DNA of 59,507 nucleotides from Burkholderiales bacterium (GCA_046597455.1 JBKJKJ010000400.1:1-59507); one strand, 5' to 3'. Shown: positions 1 to 9,311, numbered from the stretch's first letter. The notes: generated from the sequence alone by a model not told the origin. Program-made: numbers and translations.

Positions 1-543
1 CGTCACACCGAGCGGCTCGAGCTTGTCGAACGCGCTCCCGACCGTCGGATTCGACCCGCAGCCGGAAGTCGTGTCGGACTCGCCGCATTTCGTGGACACC
101 CACAGCTCGCCGATCGGGCAGTCCTCGGTGCGCAGCTCGGAGGCCCACTGGACATATTCCTTGGCGACTTTCGAAGCGCGCATGATGGTGTCGTGGTCGC
201 CGTGCATTTCGATGCCGAAACCGGTCACGGGCTTGCCCGTCGTGGCGATCGCGTCGACGATTTTCTTGGTCCATCCTTCCTCGATGCCGATCACGATTAC
301 TGCGGCGACGTTCGGATTGGAGCCGGCACCGATGAGCGTGCGGAAATGGAGATCGAGGTCGGCGCCGAACTGCAGGCGTCCGTACGGATGCGGAACCGCC
401 ATCACGCCTTTGATGTTGTGCGCGACCGCTTCGCAGGCGGCATTGGAGAGATCGTCGACGGGCAGGACGAGGACATGGTTGCGTATGCCCACACGGCCGT
501 TTTCACGCCGATACCCGCGGAAGGTCGTTTTGCTGTTGATCAT
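1..543 (-). CDS. UxaA-family (altronate/galactarate-type) dehydratase, large catalytic subunit; 5' part only, gene runs off the left edge
   Basis: My own minus-strand translation from ATG 543 (AAGGA 8 nt upstream; alternative in-frame ATG at 552) gives [31 protein letters not shown]...[17 protein letters not shown], open to position 1. It is absent from the ORF track because it is open-ended. It directly follows the SAF-domain small subunit. Confidence 0.7.
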   Translation of the reverse strand, partial: MINSKTTFRGYRRENGRVGIRNHVLVLPVDDLSNAACEAVAHNIKGVMAVPHPYGRLQFGADLDLHFRTLIGAGSNPNVAAVIVIGIEEGWTKKIVDAIATTGKPVTGFGIEMHGDHDTIMRASKVAKEYVQWASELRTEDCPIGELWVSTKCGESDTTSGCGSNPTVGSAFDKLEPLGVT

Positions 544-560
544 GGCAGTCATCCTTTCGC

Positions 561-842
561 TTACCAGCGCTTGGTCTTGATGTTGTGAACGTGGGCATGC
601 TCGCCCAGCTTGATGTCCGAAACGGCTTTGCCGATGTCGAAACCGTACTTGATGATCGTGTCGCCCTTCTTGATTTCGCGAGTCGCGACCTTGTGCCCGA
701 TCGGGACTTCGGTCAGCGCTTTGACCTTGATGGTGGAATCGTCTTCCATCACCCAGCCGGTGAGGTCCTGCCCGGCCTTGATGCCTTCGATCACGGCCAC
801 GCCGACCGAGTCCTTCTTGTCGTGTACGAGTATGTGGATCAT
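561..842 (-). CDS. UxaA-family dehydratase small subunit (SAF domain)
   Basis: Track ORF 561..941. The internal ATG at 842 has AAGGAG 6 nt upstream. The product [25 protein letters not shown]...[21 protein letters not shown] is the typical SAF-domain N-terminal piece of split altronate/galactarate dehydratases. Confidence 0.7.
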   Translation of the reverse strand: MIHILVHDKKDSVGVAVIEGIKAGQDLTGWVMEDDSTIKVKALTEVPIGHKVATREIKKGDTIIKYGFDIGKAVSDIKLGEHAHVHNIKTKRW

Positions 843-1015
843 GTGCGTCTCCTTGATGGCACTGGAAATCGAGCAGCGGATTGGTGTGGACGATCTGTAC
901 TGGCTGGGCGACATCGTATCGGCGATTGCCGCCAAAGTCAACTATATGACCTATATGAATTCGGGCCTGAGTGCTAGAATGAGCGCACTTCAACGCACAG
1001 ACGGAAAAACGCCGG

Positions 1016-1777
1016 ATGGCCGACACACTTGCTGCGGGTGGTGTCACTTTCAACCCGCTTTACAAGGAAGTCAAGATTAGGCTCACGCGCGGGCTCGTCG
1101 CCGGCGAGTGGAAAGCGGGCGAGGCAATCCCGAGCGAGTCACGACTCGCGGCGCGCTTCGACGTTTCCATCGGAACCGTGCGCAAAGCGATCGACGAGCT
1201 CGTCGCAGAGCGCATCCTGCTGCGTCAGCAGGGCCGCGGGACCTTCGTCGCAACTCACACCGAAGACCGCACGCTATTCTATTTCTTCCACATCGTCGGA
1301 AAGGACGGCGCCCGGGAGCTCCCCGTGACGGAACTGCTGTCGTTTCGTGAGGCGCGCGCCGGCAAATCAGAGGAAGAGCATATGGGTCTGGCGCGCGGCG
1401 CGGCGATTTTCCGCATCCAGAATGTTTTGAAGCTCGGCGGCGAGCCCGTGATCTTCGACGAGATCAGCGTTCCCGTCGCGCTTTATCCTGACCTCGACGA
1501 GGGCGCTTTCGGCGGACGCGAAGGCACGATTTATGGCCTCTACCAGGCGCGCTACGGGATCAACGTGGTGCGCATCAGCGAGCGCCTTGCCGCGGCACAT
1601 CCGCCCGCGCGCGCCGCATCGCTGCTCGGGATCACGACCGAGACCCCGGCGCTTGCCATCAAGCGCGTCGCCTACACCTACGACGACACGCCGGTCGAAT
1701 ACCGCGTGAGCTGGGTTAACACCGAGCGGCACGAATATCTGAGCGACCTGTGGAAGAGCGATTCGGGGATGCCGTGA
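1016..1777 (+). CDS. GntR-family transcriptional regulator (HutC/FarR-type, UTRA effector domain)
   Basis: 253 aa. The N-terminal winged helix reads [29 protein letters not shown], followed by a UTRA-like C-terminal half. It is divergent from the dehydratase genes. Confidence 0.85.
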   Translation: MADTLAAGGVTFNPLYKEVKIRLTRGLVAGEWKAGEAIPSESRLAARFDVSIGTVRKAIDELVAERILLRQQGRGTFVATHTEDRTLFYFFHIVGKDGARELPVTELLSFREARAGKSEEEHMGLARGAAIFRIQNVLKLGGEPVIFDEISVPVALYPDLDEGAFGGREGTIYGLYQARYGINVVRISERLAAAHPPARAASLLGITTETPALAIKRVAYTYDDTPVEYRVSWVNTERHEYLSDLWKSDSGMP

Positions 1778-1885
1778 TTGCGGTGATGGGGTGATGCGGT
1801 GATGGGGTGATGCGGTGACGCGGTGATGGGGTGATGCCGTGATGCCGTGATGCCGTGATGCGGTGATGCCTTGATGCGGTGATGG
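1774..1885. repeat. Tandem array of about 14 copies of an 8-bp unit (GGTGATGS)
   Basis: Read directly: gtgattgc ggtgatgg ggtgatgc ggtgatgg ggtgatgc ggtgacgc ggtgatgg ggtgatgc cgtgatgc x3 ggtgatgc cttgatgc ggtgatgg. The first unit overlaps the GntR stop codon. Confidence 0.9.
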
Positions 1886-1950
1886 CGACTTGTTCTCAAC
1901 CCGCACACTGCCGTCGCGGATTCCACCCCGGGCTTGAGTCGACCCGGCTG

Positions 1951-2038
1951 CATCACTTCGTCACTGCGTGGCTGCATCACTTCATCACTGCATCACTTCA
2001 TCACCGCATCACTTCGTCACTGCGTGGCTGCGTCACAC
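1951..2038. repeat. Tandem array of about 11 copies of an 8-bp unit (CATCACTK), inverse orientation to the 1774..1885 array
   Basis: Read directly: catcactt cgtcactg cgtggctg catcactt catcactg catcactt catcaccg catcactt cgtcactg cgtggctg cgtcacac. CATCAC is the reverse complement of the GTGATG core of the first array. Confidence 0.9.
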
Positions 2039-2065
2039 AGCGCTCCCGCCCGCAGCAGCGAATGC

Positions 2066-3772
2066 CTACAGCCGGGCGAGCCCCCGCTTCGCCGCCTCGG
2101 TCAAAGCCGGATCCTTGGAGTTTTTAACCAGCCATTCGAACTGCGAGCGGGCGTCGTCTTTCAGACCGGCGCGCATGAGATTCAGCGCAGCGAGCAGGCG
2201 CGCCTGAAACGCCAGCGCATCGGGCGCCGCCGCCTGCACGAGGAGAGCAGAACGCAGGAATGCTGCAGCAGCAGCACTCGCTTCGGCTCTGAGCTCGTGG
2301 ACGCGGCCCAGGCCGAATAGCGCTTCGCGCGCGCGGCTGTCGCCGGCCAGGGGCGCGACCGTCTCGTAAACGCTCTGCGCCGCATCGAGCGTGCGCATGT
2401 CCAGCATCTCCTGCGCGAGCTCGAGCGCACTGGAGGCCAGCTCCTGCGAAATGGTGGCCCGTCCGGCGAGCAGTCGACTCAGCGTTTCCGCGCTCACTGC
2501 GGGCTGCCCCGCTTGCAGCGCCGTGCGCGCGAGCGCGAGTTGCCACTCGATCGCGTTGACACCTGCCGGGGTAAGCAGCCCGTCCCACAGCTTGAGTGCG
2601 AGCGTGGCCTCGCCGCGCTTCGCCGCGAGGTTACCCAGCAGGTAGCGCGTCGGACCATCGAGTGCATCGGGTTCGAAACCCATGCTTTGCATGAGGCGCA
2701 GCGCCGTCTGGTCGAGATTTGCCGACGAGAGCGAAAACACCAGCTGCAGCTGGGCGCTGCGCCGGATGTCAGGGTTCTGTGCGCGCTGAGCGAGATAGCC
2801 GTAAAACGCGCGCGCGAGCACCGCGTTGGCGCCGAGCCGCCGGGCCGCGTAATCCGCCCAGGCGCCGTCGTCGCCCATCAGCAACTGCTCGCGATTGCCC
2901 AGCTCGTTTGCTGTCGCGAGATAGGCCTCCTGGAGCTGCCGCGCCGCGGCGGCAACCGCCGGAGGATTGCGCGCATCGGCATGCTGCAGCAGACGCTCCA
3001 GCGCTTCGACCTGCAGTGGGCCGTTGCCACTGCGCACGGCCGCTTCATGGATGGCACGCCAATAGCCTGCGTCGGGATTGCGCGCGAGCGCGGCACGCGC
3101 CTGGGTGATCACCGCTTCGGGGGCCAGCATTGCGCCGCGAAGCTGCAGTCGCAGAAGCACGGGACTCAACTGATCGGTGCGCCCGAGCCAGTTCAGCGCG
3201 TCGCGATCGCGTCCCAGCTCGAGCAATGCTTCGGCAAACCGGTCGGCGGTCGCGCGCTCCAAAGGCTGGTAATCCTGCTGGAAGCGCAACATGCTGCGAA
3301 AGGCATCGTCACCGCGACGCTCGGCCACGTAGCTCTCGATCACCGCAAGACGCACCGTTTTCTCTTCCGCCGGCGTCGACGCGCGCTGCCACAGCACCTG
3401 GGCGGCGCGGCTGCGAGTGGCCGGCGGGTCATTCAGGGCAAGCGCCGCCTGTGCGGCCGCAACGAGACAGCTGCCGAGTGCTGCAGGGGCCGTATCGGCA
3501 GGCAGCGCCTGGACTCGCGCCAGCACCGCAGCGTGGCGGTTGAGCCTTCCGAGCACGTCGCAGCGCACGCTTTCCCATTCGGCCCAGCGCGGTCCGCTGG
3601 TATCACGCGGCTGCAGCGCCTCGACACGCGACAGTGCCAGCTCCAGCGCTCCGGCACTGACCATCGCCCGCACCGATGTCGGGTCCTCAGGCCCGGTCGC
3701 CTGTGCGTTGAATGCAAGCGCGAGGACGAGGGTCCCCAGGCTGCGCGACACGAGCGCGATATTCCAGGTCAC
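2066..3772 (-). CDS. Secreted Ala/Leu-rich all-alpha (TPR-like) protein of unknown function
   Basis: 568-aa ORF with a GTG start. The signal-peptide-like N-terminus is MTWNIALVSRSLGTLVLALAFNAQA|TG. It has high GC3 and a long helical-repeat-like composition, with no motif I recognise. Confidence 0.55.
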   Translation of the reverse strand: MTWNIALVSRSLGTLVLALAFNAQATGPEDPTSVRAMVSAGALELALSRVEALQPRDTSGPRWAEWESVRCDVLGRLNRHAAVLARVQALPADTAPAALGSCLVAAAQAALALNDPPATRSRAAQVLWQRASTPAEEKTVRLAVIESYVAERRGDDAFRSMLRFQQDYQPLERATADRFAEALLELGRDRDALNWLGRTDQLSPVLLRLQLRGAMLAPEAVITQARAALARNPDAGYWRAIHEAAVRSGNGPLQVEALERLLQHADARNPPAVAAAARQLQEAYLATANELGNREQLLMGDDGAWADYAARRLGANAVLARAFYGYLAQRAQNPDIRRSAQLQLVFSLSSANLDQTALRLMQSMGFEPDALDGPTRYLLGNLAAKRGEATLALKLWDGLLTPAGVNAIEWQLALARTALQAGQPAVSAETLSRLLAGRATISQELASSALELAQEMLDMRTLDAAQSVYETVAPLAGDSRAREALFGLGRVHELRAEASAAAAAFLRSALLVQAAAPDALAFQARLLAALNLMRAGLKDDARSQFEWLVKNSKDPALTEAAKRGLARL

Positions 3773-3812
3773 GGGGTCAGTGGGTCACTTTTTTCAGACG
3801 TCAGGCGCAACG

Positions 3813-3841
3813 AAAAAGGCGGCTCGCGAGCCGCCTTTTTC
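3813..3841 (-). terminator. Rho-independent terminator after rplS (symmetric hairpin with A/T runs on both sides)
   Basis: aaaaaGGCGGCTCgcgaGCCGCCttttt, 17 nt downstream of the rplS stop. Confidence 0.7.
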
Positions 3842-3857
3842 CTGATCCGCTCGCGCG

Positions 3858-4280
3858 TTACTGCGGCGCTGCTTCGGGGGCCGCAGGGGCCTCGGGCGCT
3901 GCTGCAGGCTCGGTGACAGTGGCACGGAACTTGAGCTTTTCCTTGATGCGTGCAGCTTTGCCTGAACGCTCGCGCAGATAGTAGAGCTTCGCACGGCCGA
4001 CGTCGCCGCGGCGCTTCACATCGACGCTCGCGATGAGCGGTGAGTAGGTCTGGAACGTCCGCTCGACGCCTTCGCCCGACGAAATCTTGCGCACGATGAA
4101 CGAGGAGTTCAGGCCCCGGTTGCGCTTGGCGATCACCACGCCTTCGTAAGCCTGGACGCGCTTGCGCTCGCCTTCGACGACGTTGACGTTGACGATCACG
4201 GTGTCCCCGGGATTGAACTCCGGTATTTTCTTGGCGAGCCGCTGGATTTCTTCCTGCTCGAGCTGCTTGATGATGTCCAT
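3858..4280 (-). CDS. rplS: 50S ribosomal protein L19
   Basis: Internal ATG of track ORF 3858..4403. The product [61 protein letters not shown]... is L19 with an Ala/Pro-rich C-terminal tail. It sits in the rpsP-rimM-trmD-rplS context. Confidence 0.92.
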   Translation of the reverse strand: MDIIKQLEQEEIQRLAKKIPEFNPGDTVIVNVNVVEGERKRVQAYEGVVIAKRNRGLNSSFIVRKISSGEGVERTFQTYSPLIASVDVKRRGDVGRAKLYYLRERSGKAARIKEKLKFRATVTEPAAAPEAPAAPEAAPQ

Positions 4281-4282
4281 GT

Positions 4283-5035
4283 TCACGATCCTTCTTTCTT
4301 GAATTCTTCCAGCAGCGAGCTTTCCGCTGCGCTGAGAGTACGTTTCGCCAACAAATCCGGCCGCCGCTGCCATGTCCGGCCCAGCGCCTGTTTCAACCGC
4401 CACTTCGCGATTTCCGCATGATTGCCCGAAAGCAAAATCGGCGGCACCGCGACACCTTCATACACTTCAGGCCGCGTGTAATGCGGGTGGTCGAGAAGCC
4501 CGCCCACGAACGAGTCCTGGCTCGCCGATTCGGCATCGCCCAACGCACCGGGCAACTGCCGAACCACCGCATCGATCACCACCATCGCAGCCAGCTCACC
4601 GCCCGACAGCACGTAGTCACCGATCGAGACCTCGTCGTCGACAACACGGCTGGCGAGGCGCTCGTCAACGCCTTCGTAGCGTCCCGCGAGCATCACGATG
4701 CCCTGTGCCTGCTTCAATTCCGTCACCAGCGCGTGATCGAGCAGCCGGCCCTGCGGCGTCAGATGCACGATCCGCGGCTTTGCCACACCGCTGCTTTTCT
4801 GCCGCTGGCGCGCCGCGCCGATCGCCTTGTCCAGCGGATCGGACATCATCACCATGCCCGGCCCGCCGCCGTACGGCCTGTCATCGACCGTGCGGTAGCT
4901 ATTGGTCGCGAAATCCCGCGGATTCCACAGCACCAGCTCGTACAGCCTGCGCTCTCGCGCCCGACCCGTAACGCCGCTCCCGGTCACCGCATCGAACATC
5001 TGCGGAAAAAGAGTGACGACATCGATCTGCAACAT
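4283..5035 (-). CDS. trmD: tRNA (guanine37-N1)-methyltransferase
   Basis: 250 aa, [26 protein letters not shown]...[11 protein letters not shown]...[16 protein letters not shown]. Canonical operon position; its start overlaps the rimM stop (TGATG). Confidence 0.95.
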   Translation of the reverse strand: MLQIDVVTLFPQMFDAVTGSGVTGRARERRLYELVLWNPRDFATNSYRTVDDRPYGGGPGMVMMSDPLDKAIGAARQRQKSSGVAKPRIVHLTPQGRLLDHALVTELKQAQGIVMLAGRYEGVDERLASRVVDDEVSIGDYVLSGGELAAMVVIDAVVRQLPGALGDAESASQDSFVGGLLDHPHYTRPEVYEGVAVPPILLSGNHAEIAKWRLKQALGRTWQRRPDLLAKRTLSAAESSLLEEFKKEGS

Positions 5036-5514
5036 CAGTAATCCGAACCCCAGTCGACACGAATCGAACGCGCTTCGATGTCGACCTGTTTCACGACCTG
5101 CTCGGTAAACGGGATCAGCCGCTCCCGGTCGCCTTCCACCACCAGCACGTCGTTCGCACCGGTCTCGAAAACCTCGGCCACCGTGCCAAAGTCTTCGGCC
5201 TGCATGTTCACTACTCTGAGACCGATCAGATCGGCCCAGTAATATTCGTTCGCGCCGGCTTTGGGAAACGCCTCGCGCGGTATCGCGACCTGCTTTCCCC
5301 GGAAAAGCGCTGCGGCGTCGCGATCATCGCACCCCGCAAGCTTTACGACGATCGCGTTGCTGTGCACCTCGGACTTCTCGATACGGCATTCGCGCCATCC
5401 TGCATCGCTTCCGATCCACCACGAAGGGTAAGCCAGCAGGTTTTCGGGCGCTTCGGTAAAGGTCTGCACCTTGACCCAGCCTTTGATGCCGAAAGCGCCG
5501 GCTATCCGCGCCAT
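5035..5514 (-). CDS. rimM: Ribosome maturation factor RimM
   Basis: First ATG downstream of the rpsP stop in track ORF 5035..5814. The product is [30 protein letters not shown]... The true start could be a few codons upstream at a non-ATG codon. Confidence 0.85.
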   Translation of the reverse strand: MARIAGAFGIKGWVKVQTFTEAPENLLAYPSWWIGSDAGWRECRIEKSEVHSNAIVVKLAGCDDRDAAALFRGKQVAIPREAFPKAGANEYYWADLIGLRVVNMQAEDFGTVAEVFETGANDVLVVEGDRERLIPFTEQVVKQVDIEARSIRVDWGSDY

Positions 5515-5578
5515 GACGACCAGACCGGCAGGCGACGTGCTGTCTGCCGCGCCGCGCCTGATCGGTGTCTGGCCCTGC

Positions 5579-5842
5579 TCAGGCGGCTGCGGGTTGCTGC
5601 TGCTTGGCAAGTTGCTTGACGAGGCGCGCAGCCGTGTCGGAAAGAATGGCGCCCTGCGATTGCCAATGGGCAAGCCGCGCCTGATCGATGCGCAGCGACT
5701 CCTGGCCTTTGGACGCTTTAGGGTTGTAGAAACCCAGGCGTTCGATGAATCGGCCGTCGCGTGCGCGGCGCGAGTCGGCCACAACGACGTTGAAGAACGG
5801 CCGCTTCTTGGCACCGCCGCGAGCTAAGCGAATCACAACCAT
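5579..5842 (-). CDS. rpsP: 30S ribosomal protein S16
   Basis: 87 aa, [41 protein letters not shown]. Confidence 0.95.
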   Translation of the reverse strand: MVVIRLARGGAKKRPFFNVVVADSRRARDGRFIERLGFYNPKASKGQESLRIDQARLAHWQSQGAILSDTAARLVKQLAKQQQPAAA

Positions 5843-6020
5843 GGTTTTGTCTGCCCGTATGGGAATTCTTGAAAGGCGGTGATTTTACGACACTTTTTGA
5901 CCGCGGCGCAACAAAAACCCCGGCTCGGCCAAGACCGCCATGTATTTGTAAGTCTTTGATTTTCTTCCAAAGGGTATCACGGCACGGCACAATCAGCGCT
6001 TTTATAGCGAGTACTCACTC

Positions 6021-6872
6021 ATGATGCCGCCCGACACCGTGCCCACCACCCGTATCGAAGCCGCGTTAGCGGAAAGATTCGGAAGTCCTATTGCCGTGCC
6101 TGCGGGAGTGCCGGGGCAGGACGAGCTTGCGCGGATGGCCGAGCATCGATCTCATCGCGATTATGAGAGCACCCCGGTCGATCCGGCGCTGCTTCGACTC
6201 CTTTTCGCTTGCGCCCTGTCGGCGCCCTCGAAATCCGATTTGCAGCAGGCCGATATCGTTCACGTGGCCGACCGCGGAAAAGTCGAGGCGATCGCCGCGC
6301 TCATTCCCGATATGCCGTGGATCGCACGGGCGCCGGTACTGCTCGTGTTCTGCGGCGACAACCGCCGCGCGCGGCAGATGGGCGAGTGGCGCGACAAGCC
6401 GTTCGCCAACGACCACCTCGACCACTTCATGAATGCCGCAGTCGACGCCGGCATCGTGATGGCGACGTTCATCCACGCAGCAGAGGCGGCGGGCCTCGGC
6501 TGCTGCCCGATCAGCGCGATCCGCAACCGCCCGCACGAGGTAAGCCGGCTGCTCGAGTTCCCCGATTGGGTTTTCCCGGTCGCCGGATTGACCGTCGGTT
6601 ATCCGGCGCAGAGCGGGCGCATCACGCCGCGCCTGCCGCTCGACGTGACGGTGCACGTCGACCGCTACGACGACTCGGCCGTGCAGGAAAAAATCGACGG
6701 CTACGACCGCCGGCGGCACGACCTCCTGCCATACCGCAAACAGCGCCGCGTCAAACTCCACGGTGTCGCGCCGTTCTACGGCTGGTCCGAAGACAAAGCG
6801 CGCCAGTATTCAGTCCCGGAGCGGGCCGACTGGGGCGCTTTCATCCGCGCCAAAGGCTTCAGCCTGGACTGA
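6021..6872 (+). CDS. Nitroreductase-family NAD(P)H-dependent oxidoreductase (NfsA/Frp-like)
   Basis: 283 aa. It carries HRSHRDY...SAPSKSDLQQ...LLVFCGD and GLGCCPISAIRN motifs typical of the nitroreductase fold. Confidence 0.75.
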   Translation: MMPPDTVPTTRIEAALAERFGSPIAVPAGVPGQDELARMAEHRSHRDYESTPVDPALLRLLFACALSAPSKSDLQQADIVHVADRGKVEAIAALIPDMPWIARAPVLLVFCGDNRRARQMGEWRDKPFANDHLDHFMNAAVDAGIVMATFIHAAEAAGLGCCPISAIRNRPHEVSRLLEFPDWVFPVAGLTVGYPAQSGRITPRLPLDVTVHVDRYDDSAVQEKIDGYDRRRHDLLPYRKQRRVKLHGVAPFYGWSEDKARQYSVPERADWGAFIRAKGFSLD

Positions 6873-6975
6873 GCTCGCCGGACTCGGGCGCCGCAAGTGC
6901 ACCACAGAGTCGCGGAGTCGCTGAGTAGTCACCGAGTCGCGGCGCCGAAGCGAGCACAGTGAGCCGAAGGAAAGG

Positions 6976-7100
6976 AGGTCTCGGAGGGAAACCTTGGTTT
7001 CCCTCCGAGTCGTGACTGGGCCCGACCTGGCGGTGCCAGGTCTCGGAGGGAAACCTTGGTTTCCTTCCGAGTCGTGACCGGGCCCGACCTGGCGGTGCCC
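6976..7100. repeat. 62-bp unit repeated twice in tandem; each unit contains two hairpins (REP-like intergenic element)
   Basis: aggtCTCGGAGGGAAACCttGGTTTCCCTCCGAGtcgtgactgggcccGACCTGGcggtgCCAGGTC, then a second copy with 3-4 substitutions. It lies between the convergent nitroreductase and ffh stops. Confidence 0.85.
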
Positions 7101-7109
7101 GGTCGGACG

Positions 7110-8462
7110 TCAGCGCATGCCCGGGAACATGCCTTTCATGCTGCGCATCATTTTGGCCATGCCGCCTTTGGCCATCATCTTCATCATTTTCTGTGTCTGC
7201 TCGAACTGGTTAAGCAGCCGGTTCACTTCCTGCACCGACACGCCCGCGCCGGTCGCGATGCGGCGCTTGCGCGAAGCCTTGATGAGCTCCGGCTTCGAGC
7301 GTTCCTTGCGCGTCATCGAATTGATGATGCCTTCGATCCGCCGAACCGCGTTGTCGTCGACCTGCGGTGCGCCCTGGGCCATCTGGGCGAGATTCCCGGG
7401 TAGCTTGTCAACGAGCGCTGAAAGTCCGCCCATTTTTTTCATCTGAACGATCTGCTGCTTGAAATCCTCGAGATCGAAGCCTTTCCCGGACTTGACCTTC
7501 TGCGCGAGCTTTTCGGCCTCCTGGCGATCGACGCCTTTCTGCACGTCCTCGATCAGGGTGAGCACATCACCCATGCCGAGGATGCGCGAGGCCATACGCT
7601 CGGGATGGAAAGGCTCGAGCCCGTTCAGCTTCTCGCCGACACCCGCGAACTTGATCGGCTTGCCGGTGACGTGACGCACCGACAAGGCCGCGCCGCCTCG
7701 CGCATCGCCGTCGAGCTTGGTGAGCACGACACCGGTGAGCGGCAGCGCCTCGGAAAAGGCGCGCGCCGTATTCACTGCGTCCTGCCCCTGCATCGCATCG
7801 ACGACGAAAAGCGTCTCGATCGGCCGCACCGCGGCATGCAGCTCGCGAATCTCCTGCATCATCGCTTCGTCGATCGCCGTGCGGCCCGCAGTGTCGACGA
7901 TGAGCACGTCGTGATAATGGCGGCGTGCGTGGTCGAGCGCCCGCGTGGCGATATCGACCGGCTTCTCTCCGGTCGCAGAGGGAAAGAAATCCGCCTGCAC
8001 CTGGGATGCGAGCATCTGCAATTGCTCGATCGCCGCCGGGCGGTACACGTCCGCGCTCACCAGCAGCACTTTCTTCTTGTGCTGCTCCTTGAGCCACTTG
8101 GCAAGCTTGCCGCTGGTCGTCGTCTTGCCGCTGCCTTGCAGTCCCGCCATCAGCACGACAGCCGGCGGCGTCGTGGCGAGATTCAACGCGTCGTTGCTCT
8201 CGCCCATCAGCGCCGTAAGCTCGCGGTGCACGATGCCGACGATGGCCTGACCCGGGGTCAGGCTGCCGATGACGTCCTGGCCCAGCGCTTTTTCGCGAAC
8301 GGCCGCGACGAAATCGCGCACCACCGGAAGCGCGACGTCGGCTTCGAGCAGCGCCATGCGCACTTCGCGAAGCGCCTCCTTGACGTTGTCTTCGGTGATT
8401 CGCGCTTCGCCGCGCAGCGTCTTCAGAACGCGCGACAGTCGTGTCGTGAGAGTATCGAACAT
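7110..8462 (-). CDS. ffh: Signal recognition particle protein Ffh
   Basis: Internal ATG of track ORF 7110..8645. The product is MFDTLTTRLSRVLKTLRGEARITEDNVKEALREVRMALLEADV..., with GLQGSGKTTT and DTAGR GTPase motifs and a Met-rich C-terminal M domain. Confidence 0.95.
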   Translation of the reverse strand: MFDTLTTRLSRVLKTLRGEARITEDNVKEALREVRMALLEADVALPVVRDFVAAVREKALGQDVIGSLTPGQAIVGIVHRELTALMGESNDALNLATTPPAVVLMAGLQGSGKTTTSGKLAKWLKEQHKKKVLLVSADVYRPAAIEQLQMLASQVQADFFPSATGEKPVDIATRALDHARRHYHDVLIVDTAGRTAIDEAMMQEIRELHAAVRPIETLFVVDAMQGQDAVNTARAFSEALPLTGVVLTKLDGDARGGAALSVRHVTGKPIKFAGVGEKLNGLEPFHPERMASRILGMGDVLTLIEDVQKGVDRQEAEKLAQKVKSGKGFDLEDFKQQIVQMKKMGGLSALVDKLPGNLAQMAQGAPQVDDNAVRRIEGIINSMTRKERSKPELIKASRKRRIATGAGVSVQEVNRLLNQFEQTQKMMKMMAKGGMAKMMRSMKGMFPGMR

Positions 8463-8486
8463 GGGGAGAATGGTATGCTTTGAAGG

Positions 8487-9311
8487 ATGGAAATTGTAGC
8501 GTATCTGGTCTGCGCGCTTCTCTATGGCGCGCTCGCGGTTTACTTTTGGAGAACCCGCTGGGCGTCGGCAGGCGCGAATGCGCTTAATCCCGGACTGTCG
8601 CCGGCTGTCGAACATTACGCAGTTCTGGCGCCGCTCGCGTTGCACGCGTTGCTTCTCGGGCGCTCATTGTTCGCCTCGGACGGGCTGCATCTGGGCCTGG
8701 GCAATGCACTTTCAGCCATACTCTGGCTCACCGTGCTGATTTACTGGGCCGGCAATTTTGTCTACCGGCTCGACGGGCTCCAGGCGCTCGTGCTGCCCCT
8801 CGCAGCAGTCGCCGTGCTCCTGCCCGCCGTGATGGCGCCGGCGCAGGCGCTGCCCAACACCGACCTCACCGCATTCAAGTTCCACCTGCTCATCGCGATG
8901 CTCGCGTACAGCCTGCTCACGATCGCCTCGTTGCACGTCCTGCTGATGGCACTGATCGAAAGACGACTGCACGACGGAACCGTGACTCAGGTGCTGCAGA
9001 AGCTGCCGCCGCTGCTCACGATGGAAGCCCTGCTATTTCGCATCATCTGGGCCGGCTTCGTGCTGCTCACGCTGACGCTGGCCAGCGGCGTCGTATTTTC
9101 CGAGGCGCTATTCGGCAAAGCGGCACAGTTCAATCACAAAACGGTCTTCGGGGTCCTGTCGTGGCTCATTTTTGCGGCCCTGCTCGCCGGCCGCCAGATC
9201 TATGGCTGGCGCGGACGCGTGGCCGTGCGCTGGACACTGGCCGGTTTCATCACCCTGGTGCTGGCGTATATCGGCAGCAGGTTCGTGGTCGAGATCATCC
9301 TTGGCCGATGA
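8487..9311 (+). CDS. Cytochrome c assembly (CcsA)-family inner membrane protein, YpjD-like
   Basis: 274-aa polytopic membrane protein divergent from ffh, the same arrangement as E. coli ffh/ypjD. Confidence 0.75.
   Translation: MEIVAYLVCALLYGALAVYFWRTRWASAGANALNPGLSPAVEHYAVLAPLALHALLLGRSLFASDGLHLGLGNALSAILWLTVLIYWAGNFVYRLDGLQALVLPLAAVAVLLPAVMAPAQALPNTDLTAFKFHLLIAMLAYSLLTIASLHVLLMALIERRLHDGTVTQVLQKLPPLLTMEALLFRIIWAGFVLLTLTLASGVVFSEALFGKAAQFNHKTVFGVLSWLIFAALLAGRQIYGWRGRVAVRWTLAGFITLVLAYIGSRFVVEIILGR

Noticed and set aside
1367-1980. ORFs translating to repetitive HHGITASP / HHRITASP peptides (1367..1906 -, 1678..1980 -, 1879..2127 +, 1934..2320 +)
   Set aside because: They are simply the 8-bp arrays read in frame (three units equal eight codons). 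They overlap the real GntR and TPR-like genes on the wrong strand and have no start context. I treat this region as non-coding repeat.
1774-2038. Possibility that the 8-bp arrays, or the 62-bp tandem at 6976..7100, are a CRISPR array
   Set aside because: The repeat units are contiguous with no unique spacers, the unit sizes (8 bp, and 62 bp x2) are wrong, and there are no cas genes in the window.
8463-8645. N-terminally extended versions of housekeeping genes as given by the ORF track (ffh to 8645, ftsZ to 24606, ddl to 27983, murD to 33846, mraY to 35085, murF to 36628, ftsI to 39962, ftsL to 40144, rsmH to 41030, mraZ to 41446, coaX to 50111, rplS to 4403, rimM to 5814)
   Set aside because: The extensions run into the upstream gene, encode Arg/Ala-rich junk, and bypass internal starts. 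Those internal starts have SD sequences or stop/start coupling and give orthologue-like N-termini.
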